From Promethearchaeota archaeon (GTDB lineage: Archaea > Asgardarchaeota > Hermodarchaeia > Hermodarchaeales > Hermodarchaeaceae): a stretch of 32,985 nt of DNA. The stretch's first letter is position 1; the number at the start of each line of letters is the position of its first letter. The position numbers and the translations under genes were made by a program. Below, in pieces: positions 1 to 9,324 of the stretch. Location: positions 1 to 32,985 of the forward strand of contig JBHLPH010000012.1 in the NCBI GenBank assembly GCA_048939625.1, in the 5' to 3' direction. Below the pieces are notes generated by a model, which searched no databases, was not told where the DNA came from, and saw only the letters and a list, made by a program, of their open reading frames with translations.

Positions 1-1
1 G

Positions 2-1060
2 AAAATCTGTGAGGACACAAAAATAGACTTCAAACAATTCGCTGATGCGCTTCTCAATGAACCGGAAACCATCTCTACCAAAAAGAATGACCCCTATAAG
101 GTATTTACCCCCTTTTTCCGAAATGCCGTGGGCATTCCTATCAGTACACCCAAAAAGAATTCTTACACGAATTATACAGCACTCCCTCGAAAACACCAAA
201 AGAAACTGACCCAAATACTCACACAGAAAAAAACCGATTATAACGACAGCCTTCTCATTCCTGGAACTCGAGATGCCGGGCTAAACATTCTCGATAATCT
301 TCAGGCTTTCAAAGAATATGAGATAACAAGAGATATTCCGAGTCAACACGGAACAACGCAATTATCAGCTTATATCAAATTTGGACTTTGTTCGATACGT
401 GAAGTTTATTCGGCAATAGTAGACCAACTCGGACCCAGCCATCCCTTGCTCCGACAGTTATACTGGCGAGATTTCTATACTCACATTGCCTATCATTACC
501 CGCACGTCTTCACCGGGGCCTTTAAACGACGATATGATGGCATTCAATGGAACAGGGATAAGATTCTCTTTGAAAGCTGGTGTCAAGGAAAAACCGGATT
601 TCCAATCGTCGATGCAGGAATGCGGGAGCTGAATAGCACCGGATGGATGCACAATCGAGTCCGCATGATTGTAGCATCATTTCTTACCAAAGATCTACAT
701 ATCAGCTGGCAATGGGGCGAGCGATACTTCGCTGAAAAACTCATCGATTATGATCCCGCAGTAAACAATGGAAACTGGCAATGGTCAGCTTCAACCGGGG
801 TTGATGCTCAACCATACTTTCGAATCTTCAATCCATGGCGTCAACAAGAAAAGTATGACCCCGATTGCAAATACATCAAACAATGGATACCTGCCTTTGC
901 TAAAGTGGAACCGACGACTATTCACAGTTGGAATAAATCAACTGAAAACGATTCACACATTAACTATCCCAAACCTATTGTTGACCACAAACAAGAAAGT
1001 CAGTATTCAAAGGAACTGTATAAATCAACATTCTTATCAAACACGAATGAATGGGATTAG
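2..1060 (+). CDS. phr: Deoxyribodipyrimidine (CPD) photolyase, class I-like; 5'-truncated by the window edge
   Basis: Frame is open from position 2 (KICEDTKIDF...PYKVFTPFFRNAV), so the GTG at 128 is internal. FAD-domain motifs: LSAYIKFGLCSIR, QLYWRDFY, GKTGFPIVDAGMREL, GWMHNRVRMIVASFLTK, DYDPAVNNGNWQW, RIFNP. Confidence 0.95.
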   Translation, partial: KICEDTKIDFKQFADALLNEPETISTKKNDPYKVFTPFFRNAVGIPISTPKKNSYTNYTALPRKHQKKLTQILTQKKTDYNDSLLIPGTRDAGLNILDNLQAFKEYEITRDIPSQHGTTQLSAYIKFGLCSIREVYSAIVDQLGPSHPLLRQLYWRDFYTHIAYHYPHVFTGAFKRRYDGIQWNRDKILFESWCQGKTGFPIVDAGMRELNSTGWMHNRVRMIVASFLTKDLHISWQWGERYFAEKLIDYDPAVNNGNWQWSASTGVDAQPYFRIFNPWRQQEKYDPDCKYIKQWIPAFAKVEPTTIHSWNKSTENDSHINYPKPIVDHKQESQYSKELYKSTFLSNTNEWD

Positions 1061-1225
1061 GTGAAGAAGGCACTCTGAACCCTTCCCTACGTTAAAAAAA
1101 TATCTAAATAAATCGCTGGAGTAACTGATAACAAAGTAGTGATTATCTGAAGAAGTTGAATTCAATACAACCTTGACGAATGAACGAATTCGGGAACAAC
1201 CTATGAGTTGAGAATTCCTATCGGA

Positions 1226-1864
1226 TTATTCCTGTTTTACACGGAAGAAGATGATAAGTCCATAGAGGATTTTTGTAATTACATCTAGTGCCGCATAGAG
1301 GATGACTGAGATCAAAGTGGTTAATAACCCAAAGCCTGTTGGAGCAAGGATGAACACTAGTGGAAAGAGTGACCAGGAAATGATGATAAACCACATTAGC
1401 TGGGAATTGATTCCCTCTCTTAACATCCCTCTGAATAAGGTGATGAGAAGGGCAACATAAGCTATCGAACTGAAGGCAAAAAACCACCAACGTTCAATAC
1501 CCGTGATGAATGCAGCGAGAAAACCACAGAACATGACAAGCATCGTCAAAATTGGAATTTTCACAAGTGTCACTGACCGAGTTTGTTTGAGGATCACGGT
1601 GACGGATACAGTAAGTAGGCTACAACTTGCCATATAAAAGAGCCATCGACTCCAATAAATGGGTTCACCAAAACTTGAGGTGACCATAGCAAAGCCAAGT
1701 GCCATTACGACATAGGAGATTGTCGTGACAAAGGCTACCAGTATATCCACAAATGAAAGGAATTCATGGGCTCCTGACCGCAATGAAAGAATTGTAAACA
1801 TAACCGTTGCTAATCCAAAGATTGCAGCCATAACCCAGAAGACAATTAATTCTTCACCAGCCAA
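1226..1864 (-). CDS. Microbial rhodopsin, schizorhodopsin-like, with an F-S-S helix C motif
   Basis: 212 aa with seven hydrophobic segments. Helix C YWSRWLFYMASCSLL has Phe at the BR D85 position, as in schizorhodopsins. Helix F WSLFPLVF; helix G LDVITK198 carries the retinal Lys. TTG start preceded by SD-like GGAGATGTGA. Confidence 0.9.
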   Translation of the reverse strand: MAGEELIVFWVMAAIFGLATVMFTILSLRSGAHEFLSFVDILVAFVTTISYVVMALGFAMVTSSFGEPIYWSRWLFYMASCSLLTVSVTVILKQTRSVTLVKIPILTMLVMFCGFLAAFITGIERWWFFAFSSIAYVALLITLFRGMLREGINSQLMWFIIISWSLFPLVFILAPTGFGLLTTLISVILYAALDVITKILYGLIIFFRVKQE

Positions 1865-1968
1865 ATTTCACATCTCCAGATAGTGAGTTGTGAATAGGTT
1901 AGAGTAGGAACTTCCACTAAAATCTTACAATAACCTTCTAGAGTATACGAAAGGACGCAGGTGATTGT

Positions 1969-2427
1969 TCATTTTAAGTAGTCATTGATGGCATTCAAAA
2001 TTGCAGTCTCTTTTTCTTGAGAAAAGGTTCCAGTGTCACGCCAGAGGATATTTCCATCACAATCTACTAAAAATAGATAGATCGTATTTTCGGTGGGAAT
2101 ACCAAGAGCTTTATCAAATTCAGCTTTATCGATGTATAGCGTGATCGTTCGGGCACGCATTTCTCTATCCCGAATCCCTCCACGCATGCCACTATCGATC
2201 ATCCACTGAGAAATGAAATTATATTGCTTGAGCGTTGGAAGCTCATAAAATTGGACTTGGGGTTGGCTAGAAACCAATTGTTGTAAAAATGGAATCCAAG
2301 TTTCAATTGGCCGAACCTGCCACCGTTGATAAGCCACGATCAGAAAGTTCAATTTACCGGATAAGGTGTCAGGTATTGTGTGAGAATCTCCGTTGAGATC
2401 TTTTCCAGATACTTGTGGAAATTTCAT
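1969..2427 (-). CDS. Thioredoxin/redoxin-fold protein without CxxC, ATP10-like family
   Basis: Redoxin-type start FPQVSGKDLNG, IDSGMRGGI motif and YLFLVDCDGNILWR C-terminal strands. Confidence 0.65.
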   Translation of the reverse strand: MKFPQVSGKDLNGDSHTIPDTLSGKLNFLIVAYQRWQVRPIETWIPFLQQLVSSQPQVQFYELPTLKQYNFISQWMIDSGMRGGIRDREMRARTITLYIDKAEFDKALGIPTENTIYLFLVDCDGNILWRDTGTFSQEKETAILNAINDYLK

Positions 2428-2690
2428 TGAATTTGACCCGCCTTTCGTGATTCAGCATTTATACTCACAATTTAATAGATTCCGCTTTTATGAACACAGC
2501 GGGTTACCATTCTAAAAATCACAGCGCTTCCAGACCAGGTCAAATAGCTGTTAATGGAAATTCAAGCAGAGTAGTTTTCCTTCAATCAAATTAGATCAGA
2601 ACACAGTAGTATATTGTACCGAACCCAATATTTACCTCTACTTGCATAACCATATACTAGGTGCTTCAGTAAGGTTGTGTTAGAATCACT

Positions 2691-4418
2691 ATGGAGAACA
2701 AAGACATCGTCAAAGTCCTCAATGAAATCTCCGCCTTATTAGAGTTGAAAGATGAAACATTTCGGTCGCGTGCCTATCGTCGAGCAGCCCGATCAATCGA
2801 GGACCTCCAAGAAAGTCTCCAAGAGGTTGCTGCCCGGAACGAGCTTGAAGAAATTCCTGGTGTCGGTAAAGCCATTGCAAAGAAAATAGAAGAATTGTTA
2901 GAAACCGGACATTTACAGTATCTAATGAAATTACGGAATGAGCTCTCTCCGGAACTCGTCGAATTACTTGAGATTCCGGGAATAGGGCCAAAGACTGTCA
3001 AAGTTCTTCGTGACGAGCTCGGAGTCCAAAATGTTGACCAGCTCCGTTTGGCCCTAGAATCCCATGAAATCCGTGACCTTCCTGGCTTTGGACCCAAATC
3101 CGAAGAGAACATTCAGCGAAGTTTGGAGATGTACCTTGAACACAGCTTTCAGCATAAAGGTCGCACCTTCATTGGAATAGCATATCCCATCGCCCAACAT
3201 CTGATAGAAGAGCTGAAGCAGCTTGATGCGGTCGAAGAAATCGAGGTTGCAGGGAGCCTTCGTCGTTGGAAGGAAACTGTAGGAGACATCGATATCCTTG
3301 TCACGTCCACTGATCCGGTACCTATCATGAAGCATTTTGTTAACCTTCCTTCTGTTGTCCAAGTTCTTGCCCATGGACCGACCAAGTCAAGTATTATCTT
3401 AGAAGAAGGCATTCAAGTGGATATCCGGGTAATAGAGCCCGAATCCTTTGGGGCAGCCCTCCAATATTTCACGGGTTCGAAAGCCCACAATATTAGTCTC
3501 AGGAGACTGGCCCGCCAGAAAGGGTTGAAGCTGAGTGAGTACGGGCTTTTTGACGTGAAAACTGACAAGCGAATTGCTGGGTCCACCGAGGAAGGCATTT
3601 ATCAGAAACTTGGGATGCCATGGATTCCTCCAGAACTTCGTGAAGAAACGGGTGAAATTCGGGCAGCCCTGGAAAATCGTCTTCCAGCACTCATTCGACA
3701 AAAGGATATCCGGGGCGACCTTCACGTCCACACAAATTGGAGTGACGGAAAAGTGCCAATCGATAAAATGGCGAAAGCCGCGCAACACCGCGGATATGAA
3801 TACGTAGGGATTTGTGATCATTCAAAACGAGTTCAGAGGGCTAATGGATTAGACGAGAACCGTCTCCGCGAGCAAATTGAAACTATTCATCGTCTTGACA
3901 AGCAAATGAAGGACATCCGCATTCTTGCAGGCATTGAAGTTGATATTCACTCCGATGGAAGTCTCGATATCTCTGATGATGTGCTTGCAGAAACTGACTT
4001 GGTAGTGGTAGCTATCCATTTTGGAAGAATAGCCCCTGAGCAAGAAATGACTGAGCGTATTACTAAGGCTTTGAAAAATCCCTATGTAGATATTTTGGCT
4101 CACCCAACAGGTCGGATTGTGGGACAACGGTCACCATATGAGGTGAATCTTGAAGAACTTATTCGTGAAGCAAAGAAGCGGAAGGTCGTTCTTGAGATTA
4201 ACTCGCTTTTTCGCCTCGATTTACCAGATACTGCTGCCCGACTTGCTAACGAAAAGGGTGTGAAACTAGCTATTAACACCGATGCCCACGAGATCACGCA
4301 ATTTGATGCAATCGTTTATGGAGTTGCAATGGCACGACGAGGTTGGGTAGAAGCAACCGATGTAATTAATACACTTCCTTTCGCCCAACTCAAAAGAACG
4401 CTTAAGCATGTGCATTGA
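2691..4418 (+). CDS. polX: DNA polymerase X family with C-terminal PHP domain
   Basis: HhH motifs (IPGVGKAIA, IPGIGPKT), nucleotidyltransferase motif GSLRRWKETVGDIDILV, LQYFTGSKAHN, and PHP motifs DLHVHTNWSDG, DHS, AHPTGR, NTDAH. Confidence 0.96.
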   Translation: MENKDIVKVLNEISALLELKDETFRSRAYRRAARSIEDLQESLQEVAARNELEEIPGVGKAIAKKIEELLETGHLQYLMKLRNELSPELVELLEIPGIGPKTVKVLRDELGVQNVDQLRLALESHEIRDLPGFGPKSEENIQRSLEMYLEHSFQHKGRTFIGIAYPIAQHLIEELKQLDAVEEIEVAGSLRRWKETVGDIDILVTSTDPVPIMKHFVNLPSVVQVLAHGPTKSSIILEEGIQVDIRVIEPESFGAALQYFTGSKAHNISLRRLARQKGLKLSEYGLFDVKTDKRIAGSTEEGIYQKLGMPWIPPELREETGEIRAALENRLPALIRQKDIRGDLHVHTNWSDGKVPIDKMAKAAQHRGYEYVGICDHSKRVQRANGLDENRLREQIETIHRLDKQMKDIRILAGIEVDIHSDGSLDISDDVLAETDLVVVAIHFGRIAPEQEMTERITKALKNPYVDILAHPTGRIVGQRSPYEVNLEELIREAKKRKVVLEINSLFRLDLPDTAARLANEKGVKLAINTDAHEITQFDAIVYGVAMARRGWVEATDVINTLPFAQLKRTLKHVH

Positions 4419-4492
4419 TTACTCGATGAAGCATCTAACAAAAAGCTTTGGTGGCGTAATGCTTATAGCCTCACCCTTTTTTTCTTAGCCTC

Positions 4493-4915
4493 ATGAAAGC
4501 CGTTGTAGTATACGATACCAAATTCGGCAACACCGAACAAGTCGCCAAAGGCATTGCCAAGATCCTCAATGCTGACACCATCAAGGTCTCGAACATTGAA
4601 CCCTCGAGCCTCAAGGTATATGATCTCTTTGCATTTGGATGCCCCGTCCATGCCTGGAATATGTCAGCGGGTATGAGAACAGCATTGCAGAAACTCGAAG
4701 GCGAATCCTTCGAAGAGAAAAAAGCGGCAACTTTTGATACGAGGATTGCATCGAGATTTGCCGGTAATGCAGCAGCGAAGATTCAGAAGAAGTTGAAGAA
4801 GCTTGGTTTTGAAATTGTTATGAAACCAGTTCACTTCATTGTGGCAGGACGAGAAGGTCCTCTTGCCGAGGGTGAGATAGAGAAAGTAGAAGCATTCGTC
4901 GCTTTGAAGCAGTGA
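4493..4915 (+). CDS. Flavodoxin-like protein
   Basis: FMN-binding loop VVYDTKFGNTEQVA, GCPVHAW and AATFDTR. Confidence 0.9.
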   Translation: MKAVVVYDTKFGNTEQVAKGIAKILNADTIKVSNIEPSSLKVYDLFAFGCPVHAWNMSAGMRTALQKLEGESFEEKKAATFDTRIASRFAGNAAAKIQKKLKKLGFEIVMKPVHFIVAGREGPLAEGEIEKVEAFVALKQ

Positions 4916-4978
4916 TAACGCCATCAAACAAATATCTCATTTATTTCGCTAGCGATGAGAGTATTCAATTTATTAGCG

Positions 4979-5020
4979 TTTTAATTAGGACACTAAGAAC
5001 AGCATAAGTCCTAAATTAAA
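4979..5020. repeat. Imperfect inverted repeat (hairpin) near the left edge of the accessory island
   Basis: tttaattaggac-N16-gtcctaaattaaa; arms complementary except for one bulged base. Confidence 0.5.
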
Positions 5021-5125
5021 TTCTTTTGAACCTCGTTCTATTACTCTGGAAGGAAGCATTATTCTTTCTATCCACCTTCTAGTAGCAACGGCGGAAGGAT
5101 CATTTCGTCGTGAATCGAGATTTCA

Positions 5126-5202
5126 TTAGGTTTAGCAAAAAATATTTCTTTAGTTTTAACAAAATTTAGGTTTGACAAAAAAATAATTTAGGTCTAACAA
5201 AT
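5126..5202 (+). promoter_or_regulatory. Array of four 15-bp direct repeats (TTAGKTYTRRCAAAW) just upstream of a TATA-like box
   Basis: ttaggtttagcaaaa 5126-5140, ttagttttaacaaaa 5150-5164, ttaggtttgacaaaa 5166-5180, ttaggtctaacaaat 5188-5202, followed by ttttaaaa at 5205-5212. Confidence 0.7.
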
Positions 5203-5285
5203 GATTTTAAAAGTACCAAGCAGATACATGAACATGCAATTGGATGGAGCATGTATGATTAACTGAGAGGAGGTGATAAAAGAAG

Positions 5286-5780
5286 ATGAAAAATAAACTT
5301 ACAACTGCGATTTTGATTTCTGTTCTTTTATGTATTCTGTTGACTCCTATTACGATAGTGTCTGCAACAAAACCCATCGAAATGACAGTCACAGTTACAC
5401 CGGGACCAGCCAACGTGGAAGAAGAGCCGCTACCCAGCGGACTTGTAAAGGTTACCTTCTCTACAACACAAGAGTGGACGGGAGATTGGGTAGGAACTGT
5501 CTGGCAAAGTGGAACAGGCATAGTTAGACTTCCTTCTCTACTTGCGGGTCATGGAAAACCCTTTATGATCATTGATTGCTTTGGGGAGTTCACTGGCACT
5601 ATCAAGGGCAAGACGGGCACGGTAATCTATTACGCACGAAACATTCTAACTCCAGAGGGTGACTATTTTAGTGCAATAATTACAATCCTTGGAGGGACAG
5701 ATGAACTAGGGAATATACATGGGCATGGAACTGTAGGAGAGGGGATAATGCATATCTGGGTTCATTTCGACCCGAGTTAG
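5286..5780 (+). CDS. Secreted beta-rich protein, DUF3224/AOC-barrel-like
   Basis: Signal peptide MKNKLTTAILISVLLCILLTPITIVSA; FTGTIKGKTGT and ILGGTDELGNIHGHG patterns; strong SD GGAGGTGA upstream; T-tract after the stop. Confidence 0.75.
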   Translation: MKNKLTTAILISVLLCILLTPITIVSATKPIEMTVTVTPGPANVEEEPLPSGLVKVTFSTTQEWTGDWVGTVWQSGTGIVRLPSLLAGHGKPFMIIDCFGEFTGTIKGKTGTVIYYARNILTPEGDYFSAIITILGGTDELGNIHGHGTVGEGIMHIWVHFDPS

Positions 5781-5788
5781 TATCATAC

Positions 5789-5807
5789 TTTCCCTCTTTT
5801 TTTATTT
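5789..5807 (+). terminator. Archaeal T-rich terminator
   Basis: tttccctctttttttattt immediately after the stop codon at 5780. Confidence 0.5.
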
Positions 5808-6208
5808 CAATAATCTAGCTGGCTAGCTCTTTCTGAGTTTCAACACAAATACTCAAGTGAACCAAATAGCAATTCGACTTCTATATGTAAACCAACATGA
5901 AGTTTCGTAGAGCCCTTAGCTATGTTACTTAGGACCTAGAGAAATCTACGAGAGAATCTGCGCGTAGGTAATAATCATGCAGACAAGAACCAATTTGATA
6001 TTTGCATGTAACTTTTAATCCAAAGATAAAGAATTGGATGAACCAGAAATAATCGATAATTAACGAATCCTAACTAGCACTTTCTGATTTTTCATTGGAT
6101 TAACGAGTATTTCATTCACGCAAATTTCATTTATCGCTTTTAATTCTACCAGTTACTTTGTTCATGTAAACTCGGGTTGTCACTTATGTCCAGTAAAATA
6201 TGTAAAAT

Positions 6209-6250
6209 AAACACTTTACTGTGAATTTCCGTGGATAAGTGCTAAAACAT
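6209..6250 (+). repeat. Conserved ~42-bp site, copy 1 (putative recombination site or element end)
   Basis: aaacactttactgtgaatttccgtggataagtgctaaaacat matches 9214-9255 at 34/42 positions, including an identical 15-mer tttccgtggataagt. Confidence 0.75.
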
Positions 6251-6272
6251 AGTTAGACGACCAAGTCTCATC

Positions 6273-6300
6273 ACGTGTTAGTTACTACAACATAACACGT
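6273..6300. repeat. 28-bp imperfect palindrome (11-6-11)
   Basis: acgtgttagtt-actaca-acataacacgt; arms complementary at 9/11 positions. Confidence 0.5.
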
Positions 6301-6826
6301 ATTAGTTCTGGGATAAACACCCGCATTCTAAAAATTGTTTTTTCAGAATCTCATATCCTTTCAAACTTACGCTTAATTTAACAGTGTAACCATGTGCTAT
6401 CTCGATAATAATGGCAAGCTACAGGATTCAACGCATACCTTGCTTTCTGAATTACGCTATAAGCAAGAAGCATAATAGTTTTGATGCGGAAAATGTTTGA
6501 GATTAGTTATTTTAGTGCGAATTTACAAACTGCTTCTTGACCGAAGTATCTCCCTTGTTCCCAAGTTCTTCCCAAACATGATATTTTTCTAATCCTAGCT
6601 TGGTTCAAGTGTTAGGTATTGCATCCCTGAAAAGCGTGGTATCGCATTGGATCTGTTTATTTATAATGAAGGTGCCCTTGTTGATACCAAAGTGAATGGA
6701 GAATCATAATTCCTAACACGCTGGTTCGGATTTAATCACAATTTGGCTATTCAGATGCTCTTTTCCTAGCCTGTAAATTATGCTAACTATTTATTTGTAA
6801 ATTTTTTTTCCAAAAGTGGAACATAC

Positions 6827-9070
6827 TTGAGCAATGTGATAAGTATGATTTTACCTGTGAGTCAAAGACAAGTTCTAGCTATAGTATTACTGCTTCTTTT
6901 CCTATTCCCAGTATCGACTTATGCAAGACAGCAATGGTCATTGAATTCTTCTTCTGGTTTAAGTAATGACCTCACAGTACCAATAATACCTGATTTCGTT
7001 ACCTATGAGATCAACATCGTCTTTCTAGGCATCAATGATTCAAGAGTAGATCAAGAGTCGTTATTGGGTCGGTTGCCCAAATGGTATGCCCCCGTCGATG
7101 GCATGTATTGGAGCATAGAGTGTGACATGAACTTCACCCTAGTATACAATCTTGTCTTTGCTGAGCAAGTTCAAATAGATGCTTATCGAACATTTTTACA
7201 CCAGAACTCTGTAGATGATAGGTCTCCGTTCTTCATCCAACCTGAATATCCAATGGCTAAATACATTCACTCGGGGATGGTTGAGTCATATTTAACTGAT
7301 AACGTGAGCAACAAATCATCAGCAACCCTTGTAATCATTGATGCCTACTCATTTGATCCCGCTGGATATGTTCCCTATTATTACAATGCGACCTATAATG
7401 AATTGGATGCAGAACTTGAGGGATGGGTCACCAACCCGATTCCTTGGGCTTCAACCTACCAGATAGCTGGCGGGGGTGAGAAATCAAGACTACTCTGGCT
7501 TGACCTTTCAGCAGGTCCGACTGTCTATTATTGGTCGACTATTGATTCAAGCACCGGAGCTGTAGAAGAGATCTTACCTATCTGGACATATGAAGAACTA
7601 GCAAATCCCGTTGAACAATTAACAGAAGATCTAGTAAAATACATTACTCAAGCAATTGAATGCCGTTTCTTACCATCAACTGACTTTCGAGCCACTATTG
7701 GGATGCCTTTAATCCATTCACCCACCACTGAGATTTTAATGGAAGTTCTTCTAGTAGATTTAGCCAATACCAATTTCAGAATTGAGGAAAGACTCAAGCT
7801 CGACTATATCGCTTCCGAATACGAAAGAGTGAATCCTTACGTGAAATGGACATACACTATATTGGATTGGGACTGGGAATCGGACCCTGATTTTGTATCA
7901 GCCCTTGAAGATTCCAAAGATGATCAAGCTAAGACCTATGACCCGAGGATTCTGATGGAATTTTTTGACCAAGAATACATCAGGCTCTCCCATCCGAGCT
8001 CGCAAACTAGATTAGTACTACCAATCTTCTTGTTATCAATTCCTTTAGGTTGGAATTTCAATCCTGATTGGGGAGGATTTGCTAAAGGCGTCGAAGGCGA
8101 GTTTGCCTACATTTATGGAAAACAAAGTCTGGGTGAACTTGATCCAAGTTATATCAATCAGGAGATCATACCACTTGATGGTCTTCAAATTGAGAGTGGA
8201 GACTTCTTCAATGTTTCAGGATATTTAGGGAGAAGCATTAATTCTGTTGATTTTTCGATGGATGTTCTAAGCAGCACGGTTAGTGTCTATTTTCTAGATG
8301 AATATGGTTACAATCAATATGAGCAGGCTTTACCATTCGTGGATCTTTTGAATGGATCATTTGAGAATGTCTCAGTTGGGTCAGGTAGGGTGGTATCAAA
8401 CTTCGAATGTGCGATTTATGGAAGATATCATCTGGTCATTGAAAATAATGAAAATGAGGTAGCAACTGTTAATATTACATTGAATATAGAGACGGACCAA
8501 TGCTTTGGGTATACTTGGAAAATCATGCATGAGATTGGACATGCTTTGGGGTTAAATCATCCCCATGATGCATACTCTTGGGGCAACTATAACCACCCAA
8601 ATGCTAGCCCAGGGATCTACCTCAATTGGCTTTGGGATATGTCGTATTCTCAGATGAATTACGCGAATCAAGCTCCAACGATTTCTTTAATGGATATTGA
8701 CACGCTTCAAAGAGAGTCCATTACAGGATATTGGGAAGATGCTGTGGGCACATGGAATAATACTGTTGGAATCTCTACAATAAAATACGGTGGAGTTCCA
8801 TCCATCATAAAAGCACATTTATTGAACGCTTCCAAATGTTTAGATCAGAGTGTGGACTATTACTCTAATACTAGCAGGCTAGATAACTACTACAATTCAC
8901 TTCAAAAGGTATTTGACGTGTGGAAGGAGCTTAGATTGGCTTTAGCCGAACTTGCATTTTATTCCCAATTAGAGATTCAAAACACTCTGTTCATTGCTTT
9001 TGTGATAACCGTCATCATCCTAGTACCTTTAATCTATGTAATAATGCGAAGAAGGAGAAAGAGAGAGTAG
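6827..9070 (+). CDS. Membrane-anchored extracellular zinc metalloprotease (metzincin)
   Basis: N-terminal signal/TM segment, HEIGHALGLNHPHD (HExxHxxGxxH), probable Met-turn SQMNY, and a C-terminal TM helix followed by RRRRKRE. The start could be the ATG at 6844. Confidence 0.85.
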   Translation: MSNVISMILPVSQRQVLAIVLLLLFLFPVSTYARQQWSLNSSSGLSNDLTVPIIPDFVTYEINIVFLGINDSRVDQESLLGRLPKWYAPVDGMYWSIECDMNFTLVYNLVFAEQVQIDAYRTFLHQNSVDDRSPFFIQPEYPMAKYIHSGMVESYLTDNVSNKSSATLVIIDAYSFDPAGYVPYYYNATYNELDAELEGWVTNPIPWASTYQIAGGGEKSRLLWLDLSAGPTVYYWSTIDSSTGAVEEILPIWTYEELANPVEQLTEDLVKYITQAIECRFLPSTDFRATIGMPLIHSPTTEILMEVLLVDLANTNFRIEERLKLDYIASEYERVNPYVKWTYTILDWDWESDPDFVSALEDSKDDQAKTYDPRILMEFFDQEYIRLSHPSSQTRLVLPIFLLSIPLGWNFNPDWGGFAKGVEGEFAYIYGKQSLGELDPSYINQEIIPLDGLQIESGDFFNVSGYLGRSINSVDFSMDVLSSTVSVYFLDEYGYNQYEQALPFVDLLNGSFENVSVGSGRVVSNFECAIYGRYHLVIENNENEVATVNITLNIETDQCFGYTWKIMHEIGHALGLNHPHDAYSWGNYNHPNASPGIYLNWLWDMSYSQMNYANQAPTISLMDIDTLQRESITGYWEDAVGTWNNTVGISTIKYGGVPSIIKAHLLNASKCLDQSVDYYSNTSRLDNYYNSLQKVFDVWKELRLALAELAFYSQLEIQNTLFIAFVITVIILVPLIYVIMRRRRKRE

Positions 9071-9138
9071 CTTTTACATGTTGAAGCTGCAAATTTAGGG
9101 TCGAGGAGGAAGTCTTCGAGGAGGTGTGCGTCGTTCAT
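9067..9138 (-). pseudogene. Tyrosine recombinase/integrase N-terminal stub, copy A
   Basis: MNDAHLLEDFLLDPKFAASTCKSY aligns with stub B (MTSTQLREEFLLNTNLTENTRKRY). DNA 9103-9177 aligns without gaps to 10126-10200. Homology ends at the protease stop codon. Confidence 0.65.
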
Positions 9139-9213
9139 CGCACATTGAAACATACTCGCCAAACGTTTAACGTTTATTTGTGACTTACTTTTACTGAATT
9201 TGGGAGGGTTAAG

Positions 9214-9255
9214 AAACACTTTCCTACGACTTTCCGTGGATAAGTATTAACACGT
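9214..9255 (+). repeat. Conserved ~42-bp site, copy 2
   Basis: aaacactttcctacgactttccgtggataagtattaacacgt, 34/42 identical to 6209-6250. The taagaaacactt at 9210 recurs at 10243. Confidence 0.75.
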
Positions 9256-9324
9256 TGTGTTGTGTGATCAGTTTTGGGTAGATTGCGGGCGAAGAGTAAC
9301 AGGTGGAGTCTTGACGCGCTTGCT

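Noticed and set aside
5126-5202. Short repeats as a CRISPR array
   Set aside because: Repeats are only 15 bp with 1-9 bp gaps; there are no spacer-sized intervals and no cas genes.
4979-6826. Integron attC array
   Set aside because: The hairpins lack clear RYYYAAC...GTTRRRY ends, the cargo genes appear to have their own promoters and mixed orientation, and no IntI is visible.
5810-6826. Unannotated gene or ncRNA in the 1-kb intergenic gap
   Set aside because: Only short ORFs were found in the frames I checked, and no tRNA or other recognisable RNA motif was seen. A covariance-model search is needed to exclude one.
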